Shown in pieces: positions 19,652 through 29,569 of a stretch of DNA of 64,000 bases. Each line of letters begins with the position of its first letter. Positions within the stretch are counted from its first letter, which is position 1. Below the pieces are notes generated by a model. It made no database searches. It was not told where the DNA came from and saw only the letters and a list, made by a program, of their open reading frames with translations. Source of the stretch: a virus; IMG/VR virus record IMGVR_UViG_3300005264_000040, positions 96,001 through 160,000 of that record. One strand, given 5' to 3'. Position numbers and translations under genes: made by a program.

Positions 19652-21572
19652 TGCAACCAGGACTTCTTGGCGGCCTTACTTCCGGATTAGATTTTATTTG
19701 CTGGGGATTCTGAGGCTGTTGCGGTTGTTGTGGTTGTTGTGGTTGTTGCCCCCCACTTGTATATTGCTGTAATGCGGCAATTACATCATCTGTTAAATAA
19801 GGCATAATTTGGTCTAAGAAACCTTGGTTAGATTGATCTAATTGTTGTAATTGGCTCAATATTTGTTGTAAATGAGCTGGAGGTTGTGGGCCTCCAGCCT
19901 GTTCGGGTGGTTGTTGAGGTGGTTGCACTTCTGCTGCATTTGGCAAACCATTAATAAGTAATTCTTTTATCTCAAGAGGTGTATAGGTTTTATCTAGTGA
20001 TATAGAAGGTGTAGCCTCAAATGCTTGAGCATTTGTTTGAGCTTCTTCTACAACCTTCTGTGCTCTATATTGTGATAAAGATTGTGTTTCTGCCATTGTT
20101 AATTCTTCCTGTTTTATGTTATTCATTTCTTCTTCGTAATCTAATCCAAAGTTTTCTAACAATGTCTTTCCAGAAACTAATTTCATCTGATTTAAATTCA
20201 TCAATGATTGTTTAAACTGAACGTCATCTGCCATTTTAAATGGTGCAAAATCCACTTTTACTCGTGGTAATTTATGATAATTTGCAATATATTTTACTAT
20301 TTTTCTTAAAACTTCTTTTATTCTATTTCTGTAGTTTATGTATTGATTTTCTAACATTCTCATTGAAACAGAACTTCCACTCCAGGTTAAACCCCCATAA
20401 ACAAATTCTCTTGGAACTCCCATCCCAGCTATAACTTCTTCAGCTAATTGTTGGATTTCAGGTTGCAAAAGATACATTTTACCGTCTCCTGCAAGTTTCC
20501 CTTGACCTACTGGAATAGGGAAAATTCCTACATAAGAAGGGTCTAATTCATATCTTTTTAATTGCATCCTAATTTTGCTTTCTAATTTTTGAAGATTCAT
20601 ATTATTCATATAAGGTGAAGTTGGATCCACGTTTTGTGGAAATAAATAATTCCTTGGAATTACCTGATTAAAAGCAATGTATTCATTAGCTCTTCTTAAC
20701 ATTTGCATATAAAACAAAGTTTTCATTACAGGAGTTATTGCTGGTAATCCCCACCCATTCATATAGTCAGAAGCTGTTCTAGTCTCTTTTATATGAATGA
20801 TTTCGTTAAATTCTACTGCAGGATACCCTTTTAATACTGCGTCTATAAAAGGTTTTGGTGTTGTATAAAGGTACCAGGGTTTTGTTAAAATATTATGTCT
20901 TAAAGAATTTTTTATAAAATACAAATATCGATAAGAATCTGAAGTTTCATTATGTTCTATCATCATATTATTAGGTTGCCATGAAATTATCCTTAATTTC
21001 CCATCTCTTTTTATTTCATCTTTTGATTTCAATGGTTGCATTTTACCGCATTTGTCACAATATCCGTATATTTTGTGATTTCTAATATACCAATTGGGTT
21101 TTGATTTATCTGAACCTGTATTATAAATTGTCTCATTTGTAGAATTAGTATTATCTTTTTTTAATGTAATTTCATGGTCACATACACTACATTTATATGT
21201 TCTTGTAAATGGAGGTAATACAGTTAAAAATACATTTCCATACACTTTTAAATCAATCCCGATTTTTATTAAAGTGTGTTTTATATTCATCTGTTCAAAT
21301 ATATCTTCATATGCTTCTTTTATCTTTTCATCAGTAGTATCAAGTTCTATTGTAGTAATAGGATATTCTGCTGATTTTGATATTATAGCATGTACTAACG
21401 GATTTGTTTCGTAAAAATATTCTGACCATGAAAACAATTCTTTTATATTTTTAGGAAAAAACAAACTTGAAACATCAAAGAAAGGAGAAATAGGTGCATA
21501 CCAAAATAAACTAGCAGCAGTTCCTGTTTTCCTTGTTTCCTTTCTCATTTCTGGATTATTAGTTATACCCAT
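19632..21572 (-). CDS. Portal protein with zinc-ribbon insertion and Q/P-rich tail
   Basis: YETNPLVHAII..EYPIT, GWGLPAI..MKTLFYMQMLRRA, EEVIAGMGVPREFVYGG and VDFAPFKMADD are portal-like motifs. CSVC/CDKC insertion. Confidence 0.75.
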   Translation of the reverse strand: MGITNNPEMRKETRKTGTAASLFWYAPISPFFDVSSLFFPKNIKELFSWSEYFYETNPLVHAIISKSAEYPITTIELDTTDEKIKEAYEDIFEQMNIKHTLIKIGIDLKVYGNVFLTVLPPFTRTYKCSVCDHEITLKKDNTNSTNETIYNTGSDKSKPNWYIRNHKIYGYCDKCGKMQPLKSKDEIKRDGKLRIISWQPNNMMIEHNETSDSYRYLYFIKNSLRHNILTKPWYLYTTPKPFIDAVLKGYPAVEFNEIIHIKETRTASDYMNGWGLPAITPVMKTLFYMQMLRRANEYIAFNQVIPRNYLFPQNVDPTSPYMNNMNLQKLESKIRMQLKRYELDPSYVGIFPIPVGQGKLAGDGKMYLLQPEIQQLAEEVIAGMGVPREFVYGGLTWSGSSVSMRMLENQYINYRNRIKEVLRKIVKYIANYHKLPRVKVDFAPFKMADDVQFKQSLMNLNQMKLVSGKTLLENFGLDYEEEMNNIKQEELTMAETQSLSQYRAQKVVEEAQTNAQAFEATPSISLDKTYTPLEIKELLINGLPNAAEVQPPQQPPEQAGGPQPPAHLQQILSQLQQLDQSNQGFLDQIMPYLTDDVIAALQQYTSGGQQPQQPQQPQQPQNPQQIKSNPEVRPPRSPGCNGMDTF

Positions 21573-21585
21573 ATTTACACCCCTT

Positions 21586-22272
21586 TTAAATGAAATCAGG
21601 TAATTCTTCAGCTTTTACAAAATGTTTGGTAGCCATATTAACATTTAATATTTTTTGTATTTGAACATTTAAAACTGCATCTTCTTTTCCTAAAATAGAA
21701 GGTAAATCTTTTTTATCTAAAGTTGGTATAATTCGTTCCAATGCTTTAAAACGTTTCTTATTTTGATTGTCTAAGTTTTTATACAGTTTTTCTTTTGCGA
21801 ATTCCAGATATGTTGGAGGATATAAAAAACCTCTTTCTAATAAAACACCTACTACAAAATCTATTACTTTTTCTTTTTTTACTTTATTATGAATAGTAGG
21901 AAATTCTTTCTTAAAAATACTTTCTGCACAAGTAAGTTCTAAAACTTGAGGTGGTATTATAACACCTTCCTCTGGACCTATGCCATCTATAATCACACTT
22001 ACAACTTTATAATAAGCATACCAATTACCTAATATTAATTCCGGTTTTTTCAAAAAAGTTCTATAAGCGTTTATTTTTTCAAAATTTGAAGGATGTACTT
22101 TACTAGGCAATTTTGATGCAAGTATTTTTATTACTCCTATATCATCTTCTTTTGACCAAGTATATTTTGTATTTATATGAGTTCTAATTGCCTGTTGAAT
22201 ACTATTTATTACAACTGCAGGATGATATGTATTTACATCCGTTAATTTATCCAACTCAACTATTTTGCTCAT
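21586..22272 (-). CDS. Hypothetical protein adjacent to portal
   Basis: 228-aa ORF coupled to neighbours. Confidence 0.7.
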   Translation of the reverse strand: MSKIVELDKLTDVNTYHPAVVINSIQQAIRTHINTKYTWSKEDDIGVIKILASKLPSKVHPSNFEKINAYRTFLKKPELILGNWYAYYKVVSVIIDGIGPEEGVIIPPQVLELTCAESIFKKEFPTIHNKVKKEKVIDFVVGVLLERGFLYPPTYLEFAKEKLYKNLDNQNKKRFKALERIIPTLDKKDLPSILGKEDAVLNVQIQKILNVNMATKHFVKAEELPDFI

Positions 22273-23143
22273 TGTTTTTCATCTCCTCGTACAATTCACT
22301 TATATCTTTCTTCGTATGTTCAAACCATTGCAATTCATCTATATCTTTCGTGTCATTTATATTATAACCCATTAACTCCACCGAAACGTTTAAATTTCCG
22401 TTAAATTTAAGTAACGGAGTATTATTAATATATAATGTTCCTAGTAAATCTTTGGCCATCATTTCTTTGATTAATTCCTTATCATAACCAATCAAAACAA
22501 TTGGATCATCTTTTTCTACCTTATATTGTACATCGTTAAGTTCAAATGAATAGATTGTATCTTCGTCTATGTCTTTTGCGTATATTCGCATTATGTCTAG
22601 GACCTTGTTGTATTGCAATAATTCTTTTGGATATACAAAACTCCACAATATAGCTTTTTTTGCAAGTGTGCTTTTTACTGTACCTTTTACAAATATACTT
22701 GCAAATCTGCTTCTTATTTTTGCTTCTATCGGCATTATGTGTAGAGAATATTGTAATACTCTTCTTAAATATACACTGATGCTTCTTTTAATTATCCTGC
22801 ATTCATGTATATCGAATGGTATTTCGTTGCTTATTTTTATTTGTTTCATTATAACTAATGCGATATATTTGGATGTCTTGTAGTATTGTACAAAATCTAA
22901 ATCAATCGGTATATCTTCTTCTAGTTTTGTATATTGCATAAAAATATTCATAGGTCGTGAAATGAAAATATTTTGTTTTAAATAACCATTGTAAAAGAGC
23001 CAATCTTCACTATGATCTTTTGACATGTTTTCTATTTGTTTTTGGGTCTTTAAATTAATATGTTGAATATGGCAAAGCATTTCTTTCTTTTTGCATTGTT
23101 TTTGAATATTTATTCCATTGTAAATTAGAACTATATAATACAA
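22256..23143 (-). CDS. C-terminal part of a split modular stalk protein (Q-repeats plus shared C-terminal module)
   Basis: MQYTKLEEDIPIDLDFV QYYK.. repeats and IVLIGYDKELIKEM...YNINDTKDIDELQ. No SD found; +1 frame relative to 23055..25718. Confidence 0.65.
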   Translation of the reverse strand: MYYIVLIYNGINIQKQCKKKEMLCHIQHINLKTQKQIENMSKDHSEDWLFYNGYLKQNIFISRPMNIFMQYTKLEEDIPIDLDFVQYYKTSKYIALVIMKQIKISNEIPFDIHECRIIKRSISVYLRRVLQYSLHIMPIEAKIRSRFASIFVKGTVKSTLAKKAILWSFVYPKELLQYNKVLDIMRIYAKDIDEDTIYSFELNDVQYKVEKDDPIVLIGYDKELIKEMMAKDLLGTLYINNTPLLKFNGNLNVSVELMGYNINDTKDIDELQWFEHTKKDISELYEEMKNNEQNS

Positions 23144-25718
23144 GTTGTTGTATCCAATATTGCCACATTTCTATGTAAATTCTTCTAATATGACTACTCC
23201 ATTGCGAAACTTTAATATCAAACCACTTTTGAATTCTCCAAAATTGTAATACATCTATTTCTATTTCTTTGGCGTAAATCGAATACTGCAGCATATTAAC
23301 ATAAAACAATAAATTGTACTTGCTTTCTTGTTGGACTTTTGTATCTATATAATATTTTAATTTTGTATATTGTAATGCGTATATATCTAAATCATAAGGT
23401 AAATTTGTATGTTGCAACATATATCCATATACCCGATATTGAATAAATTGATGTTGTATCAATAATAATTCTATAGGGTTTTGTAAAATTGTATGTTGTA
23501 GCATTTCAATATTCATTTCTTCTTTATATTTTGAATAAACAATGGCGGTTCCTGGTGTCAGAATTTCTACTGTACTGCTTTGTAATACCATTGCATCAAT
23601 CGTTATTTTTTTATGAGAACTCTGTAAAAGGTCTGATTTTACATCTGCTAAGTGCATTCCTATCTGCAATACGATATTTGCTACATTTAATTCTAATATT
23701 GTATATTGACTGATATTTATATCTAATTCTTCTTCTTTTTTTCTTTGGATTTTATTATATGCTTCTATTTGCTTTGATAACTCTGTTTCGTCCATTACAG
23801 AATTTTCTATAATCCTCTTTATAGTAATACCTCTATGGTACATTAATGATTTGAATTCTAAAAATAATTTAGTAACTGCTAAAATTTCCGTTTCAAATAT
23901 TGCCTTAGTTAATGAAAATTGAAGTGTTTTGTTATCTAAACTCTCGTACAAATTTGAATATTGTAGTATTTCTTCTGTTATTATTGCTTTTTCTTCTACA
24001 CTATGTTGGAAAACATAACATCCTATTTCAATTTTATTCTTAGCGTACTGAAGAATTTCATTTTTTATATCCTCAAAAAACACACTATATTGTAGGTTAT
24101 TCGTATTTAAAACTTTGTTTATAAAAGTATGTTGATACATTTCAGCGTATATTCTTCTTTTATCTTTTTTCCATAATATTAATCTCACTATACCAAAAAT
24201 TCTAAATAAAATTTTATACTGATATTCTTGCGCTATTACTTTAGCCTGCTTCTTACTTGTTTGTAAAATTGAATTATCTAATAGAAGGAACAAAACATTA
24301 CGTTGCAAATTATAAGTTTCAATATTTTGCGATAAAATATGATATTGTGAATTAGAACAAAAAATGCTTGTATTCCAATTTATATTTGCTATTTTATTTT
24401 GAGCATTAATAAATTGTCTAATATTATCTACTTCTAAAACATGAGCACTAATATCTTTTTTTTCGCGTAATTTGCTTATATATATTCTAGAAAACAGTTG
24501 ATTATATATTTCATTATAGCTTTTGATTTCAGAATATAATTCAAATTCAAATGAATAAGTTTGTGCATTATATATTTCAATTTCTAAAGTTTTTAAAGAA
24601 TTTGACAAATTTATAGTATATAGCCATCTAACTAAACCTCTCCCATTATAGGAATGAGCAGTTATTTCTTTTTGCTCTTTATTTTTAAACTGTAATTTTA
24701 ATGTTATCGGAGAGATTTTTTTTCTAACATGCAAAGTTTTGTTTTCTATATCTTTTTCTTGAGTTGAGAAATACGTTATTAAACTTTTTAAAGCAAAATT
24801 TATTCTATAATAGTATTCTATAAAAGTTCCAATATATTTATTTATTTCAGTTTCGCTTGTTACATGTGCAGTTATCTCATTTTGTTTATAAAAATATTGA
24901 AAAATACTTCCCCTTATATTTTGAAAGGAGTTTTGTATTAAGGTATTATATATATAAATGTTTCGTGCTTTCGTATTTATTAATAAGGAGTAATTTTGTA
25001 TTTTGTTTTCTTTATAAAGTTCATGTTTTGTATATAAATTTAAAAATAATTGCAAGTTAGAATCCGAAATCAAAGTTGTTTGTAAAAATCTGCATTTTCT
25101 TAATTTGGTATATTCAAAACTTTCAATAGTATTAATATCTAAAGCAATATTACTATTTTTCGAATACAAGGTATTAAAAATTGTGGATATTAATTGCAAA
25201 TGCAAAGGCATAACTTTCACTTTTGGAAAATCATGTCTTTTCATTTTTATATCTAAACCTTTTCTTCTACTGGAAATAATACTATTATAACTTTTAACAA
25301 ATCTTCCCCATTTCACTCCTGTAATATTTAAATCAGAAGTTATTTCTATATTTTCTTTCGACCTCAAAGCATATATACTATCAAAATGTTTTGAAATTAA
25401 AATAGTTTGTTGTTCGAACGGCCTTATATAAGAAATAATAGGTAATCCTACTACTCTAAATACATGATGAAAAAATTGATATTTCCTGTACCATTTTAAA
25501 ATATCTTCACAGTAGGGAGTATTACCATAATAGTAATAATAAAACACAAAATGAAAATAAAACACAACCCATGTATGATCATATCCTCTATATGGGTTTA
25601 TTGTGATGCACTTTTTACAGTGCTTTTTCTTTTTCTTATCTACACATTTATTGTAATCCTCTATCGTCTCACAAATAATAACATCCGTATTCGTACCAGG
25701 ACAACAACTTTTAGGCAT
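23055..25718 (-). CDS. Modular stalk protein, N-terminal part: Cys/aromatic head plus 14-aa Q-repeats
   Basis: GGAGGG SD, promoter TGTTATAAT at 25749..25757, and 14 consecutive exact 14-aa units at 23121..23708. Confidence 0.75.
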   Translation of the reverse strand: MPKSCCPGTNTDVIICETIEDYNKCVDKKKKKHCKKCITINPYRGYDHTWVVFYFHFVFYYYYYGNTPYCEDILKWYRKYQFFHHVFRVVGLPIISYIRPFEQQTILISKHFDSIYALRSKENIEITSDLNITGVKWGRFVKSYNSIISSRRKGLDIKMKRHDFPKVKVMPLHLQLISTIFNTLYSKNSNIALDINTIESFEYTKLRKCRFLQTTLISDSNLQLFLNLYTKHELYKENKIQNYSLLINTKARNIYIYNTLIQNSFQNIRGSIFQYFYKQNEITAHVTSETEINKYIGTFIEYYYRINFALKSLITYFSTQEKDIENKTLHVRKKISPITLKLQFKNKEQKEITAHSYNGRGLVRWLYTINLSNSLKTLEIEIYNAQTYSFEFELYSEIKSYNEIYNQLFSRIYISKLREKKDISAHVLEVDNIRQFINAQNKIANINWNTSIFCSNSQYHILSQNIETYNLQRNVLFLLLDNSILQTSKKQAKVIAQEYQYKILFRIFGIVRLILWKKDKRRIYAEMYQHTFINKVLNTNNLQYSVFFEDIKNEILQYAKNKIEIGCYVFQHSVEEKAIITEEILQYSNLYESLDNKTLQFSLTKAIFETEILAVTKLFLEFKSLMYHRGITIKRIIENSVMDETELSKQIEAYNKIQRKKEEELDINISQYTILELNVANIVLQIGMHLADVKSDLLQSSHKKITIDAMVLQSSTVEILTPGTAIVYSKYKEEMNIEMLQHTILQNPIELLLIQHQFIQYRVYGYMLQHTNLPYDLDIYALQYTKLKYYIDTKVQQESKYNLLFYVNMLQYSIYAKEIEIDVLQFWRIQKWFDIKVSQWSSHIRRIYIEMWQYWIQQLVLYSSNLQWNKYSKTMQKERNALPYSTY

Positions 25719-25845
25719 ATTTGTTCCCTCCAGTTTAATTCTGCCTTAATTATAACATAGTGTTTCTCTTAAATGCTAAGATTATTTTGTCGAACTATTC
25801 GTTTTTGAAATTATAACTGATTAAAATAATCACGTAACTTAAGCA

Positions 25846-25863
25846 TAATATGGCATACATATT
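25846..25863 (+). promoter_or_regulatory. Operator-like motif TAATATGGCATACATATT (AATATG-N5-CATATT)
   Basis: Recurs at 26089..26106 (minus) and 59800..59817 (plus). Confidence 0.6.
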
Positions 25864-26011
25864 TTAAGTGTGGTATCTCTGAAATGCACTATTTATAAGG
25901 TTTTGCTGCAATGTGCTTTCTCCGTTTTCTGGAATTTTTGGCTGAATTTCTAAAATCGTCCCATTTCGGAGTGCATTTCAGCACCCAAAAAGTACCTCAA
26001 ACTCACTATTC

Positions 26012-26092
26012 ATAGGGGTGCGTTTGACGTTCAACGGTCCTATTATATATATATAATAGAGTCGTTGCCCGTCATTTGCACCCCTTTGAATA
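26012..26092 (+). repeat. 81-bp element, copy 1, containing a 72-bp quasi-palindrome with a TA-rich core
   Basis: Exact reverse complement of 59940..60020, checked base by base. Confidence 0.95.
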
Positions 26093-26228
26093 TGTACGCC
26101 ATATTATGCTGACATTACAAAGATATTACGAACGTAAGGGTTTTCTAAGGTATGAAAAAGAGGAGAAATACCTTAATTTTCTGAAAAAAATTATGGTATA
26201 ATAATATCGAGAAAAGGAGGGTATAAGT

Positions 26229-29200
26229 ATGGCTGATGACTATGTAAATCAAATTTTTGAAAAACGAAAGGAAAATATATTATTAGATTTGCAAAATAAT
26301 ATAAATAATGTATGTAATCAATATAGCCAAATGTTGGAAGAAACAGTCTCGGGGAATTTGAATATAATAGAGGCTATGAAGAACAACGAAGACTTACAGA
26401 CATTTTTTAGGCAAACTGCTGCTGATTTGTATCACGTAGCATATGCTGCTGCTTTCGAATCCGGAGCTATTCCTTTCGTAGATAAAGTGAATCCTGAACC
26501 TGTAGGTGGAGCTTATAAATTATGGCAAGATTTTACTGCTAATTATGAAGTATTTAAAAGTCTTTGGGATGAAGACCCTAATAATTTTATAGACCTTGTA
26601 AAAAGCACATACTTAACTCCTTTAGTTGATTTTTATAATGATTTTTCAAAAGATATAAAAACTTTATGGGATTTGACTTTATATATATTAGATTGGATAA
26701 ACAAATTAAGTGATAAAATGCAAGCAGCTAATGATTTTGACCCTAAGGAAGTTAATAAAATTTTGAATAAGCACAGAACTTTGTTTTATAATGCTGCTTA
26801 TTATATGGATTATGGCGCAATTGATTTATATTATGGATTAAGCCCAAAAACATGGGAAGACTTTTTTAGTGAATTGAGAGAATATAATAATGAATTAAAT
26901 GATTTTCTAGAGCCTTATTTTATATCAACCAAACTAACGATAGGAGTTATGAACATTCCAGGTGATTTTTGTAAAGGAGGAGCTAGTGCTTCTGATATAA
27001 TTGGACTTTTGGAAGCAAAGACATCTTCTGTCAGCAATCTGACACAATATACTGCTGATGCTACAGGATTAGCAGAAGCTAATTTTACACTGAACGATAC
27101 TTTGTTTGGATTCCAATATTTTTTGTATTCAATGATGGATATGCTTTATAAAACAATAACAAATCAACCTGGAGGAAAAGCTTTCTTTTACGAATTTGTA
27201 GAAAAATATGAAGCTAAACTTCAAAACTCATACTACGAAACTATTGCAGATGATTTTAAAAGCACTTTGGACAATCAGATAAAGATAGAAGAAACAAAAA
27301 CACTTCCAGAAGATAATGAAAAACACTATTTTGAGCCTAATGAAGTACCAACAAGTAAAGTAAAAATATTGGGATATTATGATGAATCAAATAATTTTCA
27401 AACTTATGTGCTTGAAATTATACCTGCCGGAAAAAAAGTATATTTAAAACAACAAGATTGGGATGTATTAAAAGGAAGAACCATAAGTTATGTATATTCA
27501 TCTGTAGCAGGTTTATCAAAAGTATTTGAATATTTGGATTTTATCATAAATGCAGTGGCATATGCTACTGGCGATGAACAAACAAAATTAGATGTTGCTA
27601 GTACAAATGATTTTTTAGCAAAATGGTTAGAATATTCAGAAAAAAGGAAAGAAACATTCAATCAAAAAGGATTATCTGTTTTTAATACATTTGAATACAG
27701 GTTGCAATTTATGAATGAATTAGAAACATTAAAAAAAGAATTGAACGATTCTTATTACAAAGAAAACAAATATGAAAAATTTGATTCAGTTTTGCTTTTT
27801 TACAACGATTCTGTAGCTTTTTGGGAAGAGTGGAGTGCAAGGATAGAAGACCTTAGAGTTTTTTCTATTCCTGAAATTGTTGATGCTAACTCTTTGAGTT
27901 TAGAAGAAAGAGTAAAAATTTTATATAATTTTTTATTAGAAATACCTTATGTCGGATTTGTTGTGTATGTACTTGGAGTATCCACAACTTTTTATAAGGA
28001 GATGATGAAACAATTAAGGCAGGTTTTAACTCAATTTTGTAAAGATTTATTAAACCCAAGGATGTATGCATTTTTGGTAGAAAGAGCAGTACCTATACTC
28101 ACTAATTTTAAACTAGCACTAGAAACTTTTGTTGATTTTTATGAGCAGATGATAAAACCAATAATAGATTTTTTAACTAATATGGTTAATATGAATCTTT
28201 CTACAATGGAGAAAAAATTAAGAAGTTTTATTGATAACTTTCAAAAAAATGCTTTATATAGATTCGGCCTTGGAGAATATGTAGATAAATTACAAAATGT
28301 TCTAAAACTTGCAGACTGTGTTGTTAAAAATAAAGATTCAGAATTGGAATTGTTAAAAAAAGGATATGATGCTCTTATAGGAAAAAAAGTAGAAATGGCA
28401 CCTACACCTTTTTCAAATAGAGAAGAACCGGATAAAGTTGTAACTTCTAACAATAAAGTTTTAATGAGCAAAAAAGAGATAGAAACACGAACTCATATAA
28501 AGCCTCTTTCTATCACAGAAAAAGAAATGCAATTTTTATTTGGGACAGAAACAGAAGATGATTTTTTGCGTCAAATTTCAGAAATGAAAGAAATTAACAA
28601 AAAAACCACACAGAAGCAGAAACAATATGTGCCACCTGTAACGGTTTTATCTCCTGAAGTATATTTAAATGGAGATGCTGAGGAATTGCTAAGAAAAATA
28701 GAAGAAATAGATAATAGAACCGGTAATCAAGCAAGCCTTATATTAATGCAAATTGCAGCTGAAGGTTTAGATAATATACCAGACGAACCTATTAAAGATA
28801 TACCACCTGAAGCTTCTGAAGAAGAAAAACAACAAATAGAATTAGAAAATGCTAAAAGGGAATTAAAGAAAACAATAAAGAACTCACCTGATGCTGTAGA
28901 TTTTTTTGAATTTGAAGAAGAAGATTTTGATTTAGCTGCTTATTATAAAGAACAAAAAGAAAAAACTTTAGAAGAACAAAGGCAAAAAATGAAAACAGAA
29001 ATAGAAAAAGCAACCCTTCCTACAAATAAAAACGAAGTAAAAATAACAGCCGGAACTGTTATTGCTGCTAAATTAAAGAAATCAGAATTTAAACCCAAAA
29101 CAAATGTTATCATAAATAATAACAATGTACCCAAAAATGAAAATACAGAAACAAACGCAAATGACGTGTTACCTTTGGATCCTCAAGAAGTTAATGCTAT

Positions 29201-29552
29201 GGCTGGTATCAAAGAGAAGAAACAAGCTGAAGGCTTAGAATTTACTGAAGGAACTGATGAAGAATTAACAAAGACCTCTTTAACCAATACAACATTGATT
29301 ATCAATAATGTAAGTCCATCTGGTTATCCATCGCCTTCTATTGATGGAGCTACTCACCAAATGGAAGTACATCCAGCTGTAGCCCAACTAGTTAATTCTT
29401 CTTTTAACGGATTAGAATTAACTTCAGGGGTAGCAGGACAGGTATTAAGTGAAAAAAATAAAGTAGCAGCTGAAATAGTGAAAAAGACTAAAGCAATAAA
29501 AAATAATGAAGTAATAGACGTATTGGCAGCAATGAACTATTTTACTAAGTAA
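26229..29552 (+). CDS. Large helical hypothetical protein upstream of baseplate J
   Basis: 1107 aa, AAGGAGG SD, promoter TGGTATAAT at 26194..26202. No family recognised. Confidence 0.8.
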   Translation: MADDYVNQIFEKRKENILLDLQNNINNVCNQYSQMLEETVSGNLNIIEAMKNNEDLQTFFRQTAADLYHVAYAAAFESGAIPFVDKVNPEPVGGAYKLWQDFTANYEVFKSLWDEDPNNFIDLVKSTYLTPLVDFYNDFSKDIKTLWDLTLYILDWINKLSDKMQAANDFDPKEVNKILNKHRTLFYNAAYYMDYGAIDLYYGLSPKTWEDFFSELREYNNELNDFLEPYFISTKLTIGVMNIPGDFCKGGASASDIIGLLEAKTSSVSNLTQYTADATGLAEANFTLNDTLFGFQYFLYSMMDMLYKTITNQPGGKAFFYEFVEKYEAKLQNSYYETIADDFKSTLDNQIKIEETKTLPEDNEKHYFEPNEVPTSKVKILGYYDESNNFQTYVLEIIPAGKKVYLKQQDWDVLKGRTISYVYSSVAGLSKVFEYLDFIINAVAYATGDEQTKLDVASTNDFLAKWLEYSEKRKETFNQKGLSVFNTFEYRLQFMNELETLKKELNDSYYKENKYEKFDSVLLFYNDSVAFWEEWSARIEDLRVFSIPEIVDANSLSLEERVKILYNFLLEIPYVGFVVYVLGVSTTFYKEMMKQLRQVLTQFCKDLLNPRMYAFLVERAVPILTNFKLALETFVDFYEQMIKPIIDFLTNMVNMNLSTMEKKLRSFIDNFQKNALYRFGLGEYVDKLQNVLKLADCVVKNKDSELELLKKGYDALIGKKVEMAPTPFSNREEPDKVVTSNNKVLMSKKEIETRTHIKPLSITEKEMQFLFGTETEDDFLRQISEMKEINKKTTQKQKQYVPPVTVLSPEVYLNGDAEELLRKIEEIDNRTGNQASLILMQIAAEGLDNIPDEPIKDIPPEASEEEKQQIELENAKRELKKTIKNSPDAVDFFEFEEEDFDLAAYYKEQKEKTLEEQRQKMKTEIEKATLPTNKNEVKITAGTVIAAKLKKSEFKPKTNVIINNNNVPKNENTETNANDVLPLDPQEVNAMAGIKEKKQAEGLEFTEGTDEELTKTSLTNTTLIINNVSPSGYPSPSIDGATHQMEVHPAVAQLVNSSFNGLELTSGVAGQVLSEKNKVAAEIVKKTKAIKNNEVIDVLAAMNYFTK

Positions 29553-29569
29553 GAAAGGAGCGTAAAATA

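Noticed and set aside
19690-19760. GTT/TGG-type tandem DNA repeat
   Set aside because: It encodes the portal PQQ low-complexity tail and needs no separate explanation.
26014-26085. Structured ncRNA interpretation of the palindrome
   Set aside because: Mismatches are symmetric blocks mostly unable to pair and the core is alternating TA. This fits a dsDNA protein-binding or cruciform site better, though RNA is not excluded.
26229-29552. Tape measure protein call
   Set aside because: No clear tape-measure periodicity, TM cluster or lytic domain was seen, so it is left unassigned.
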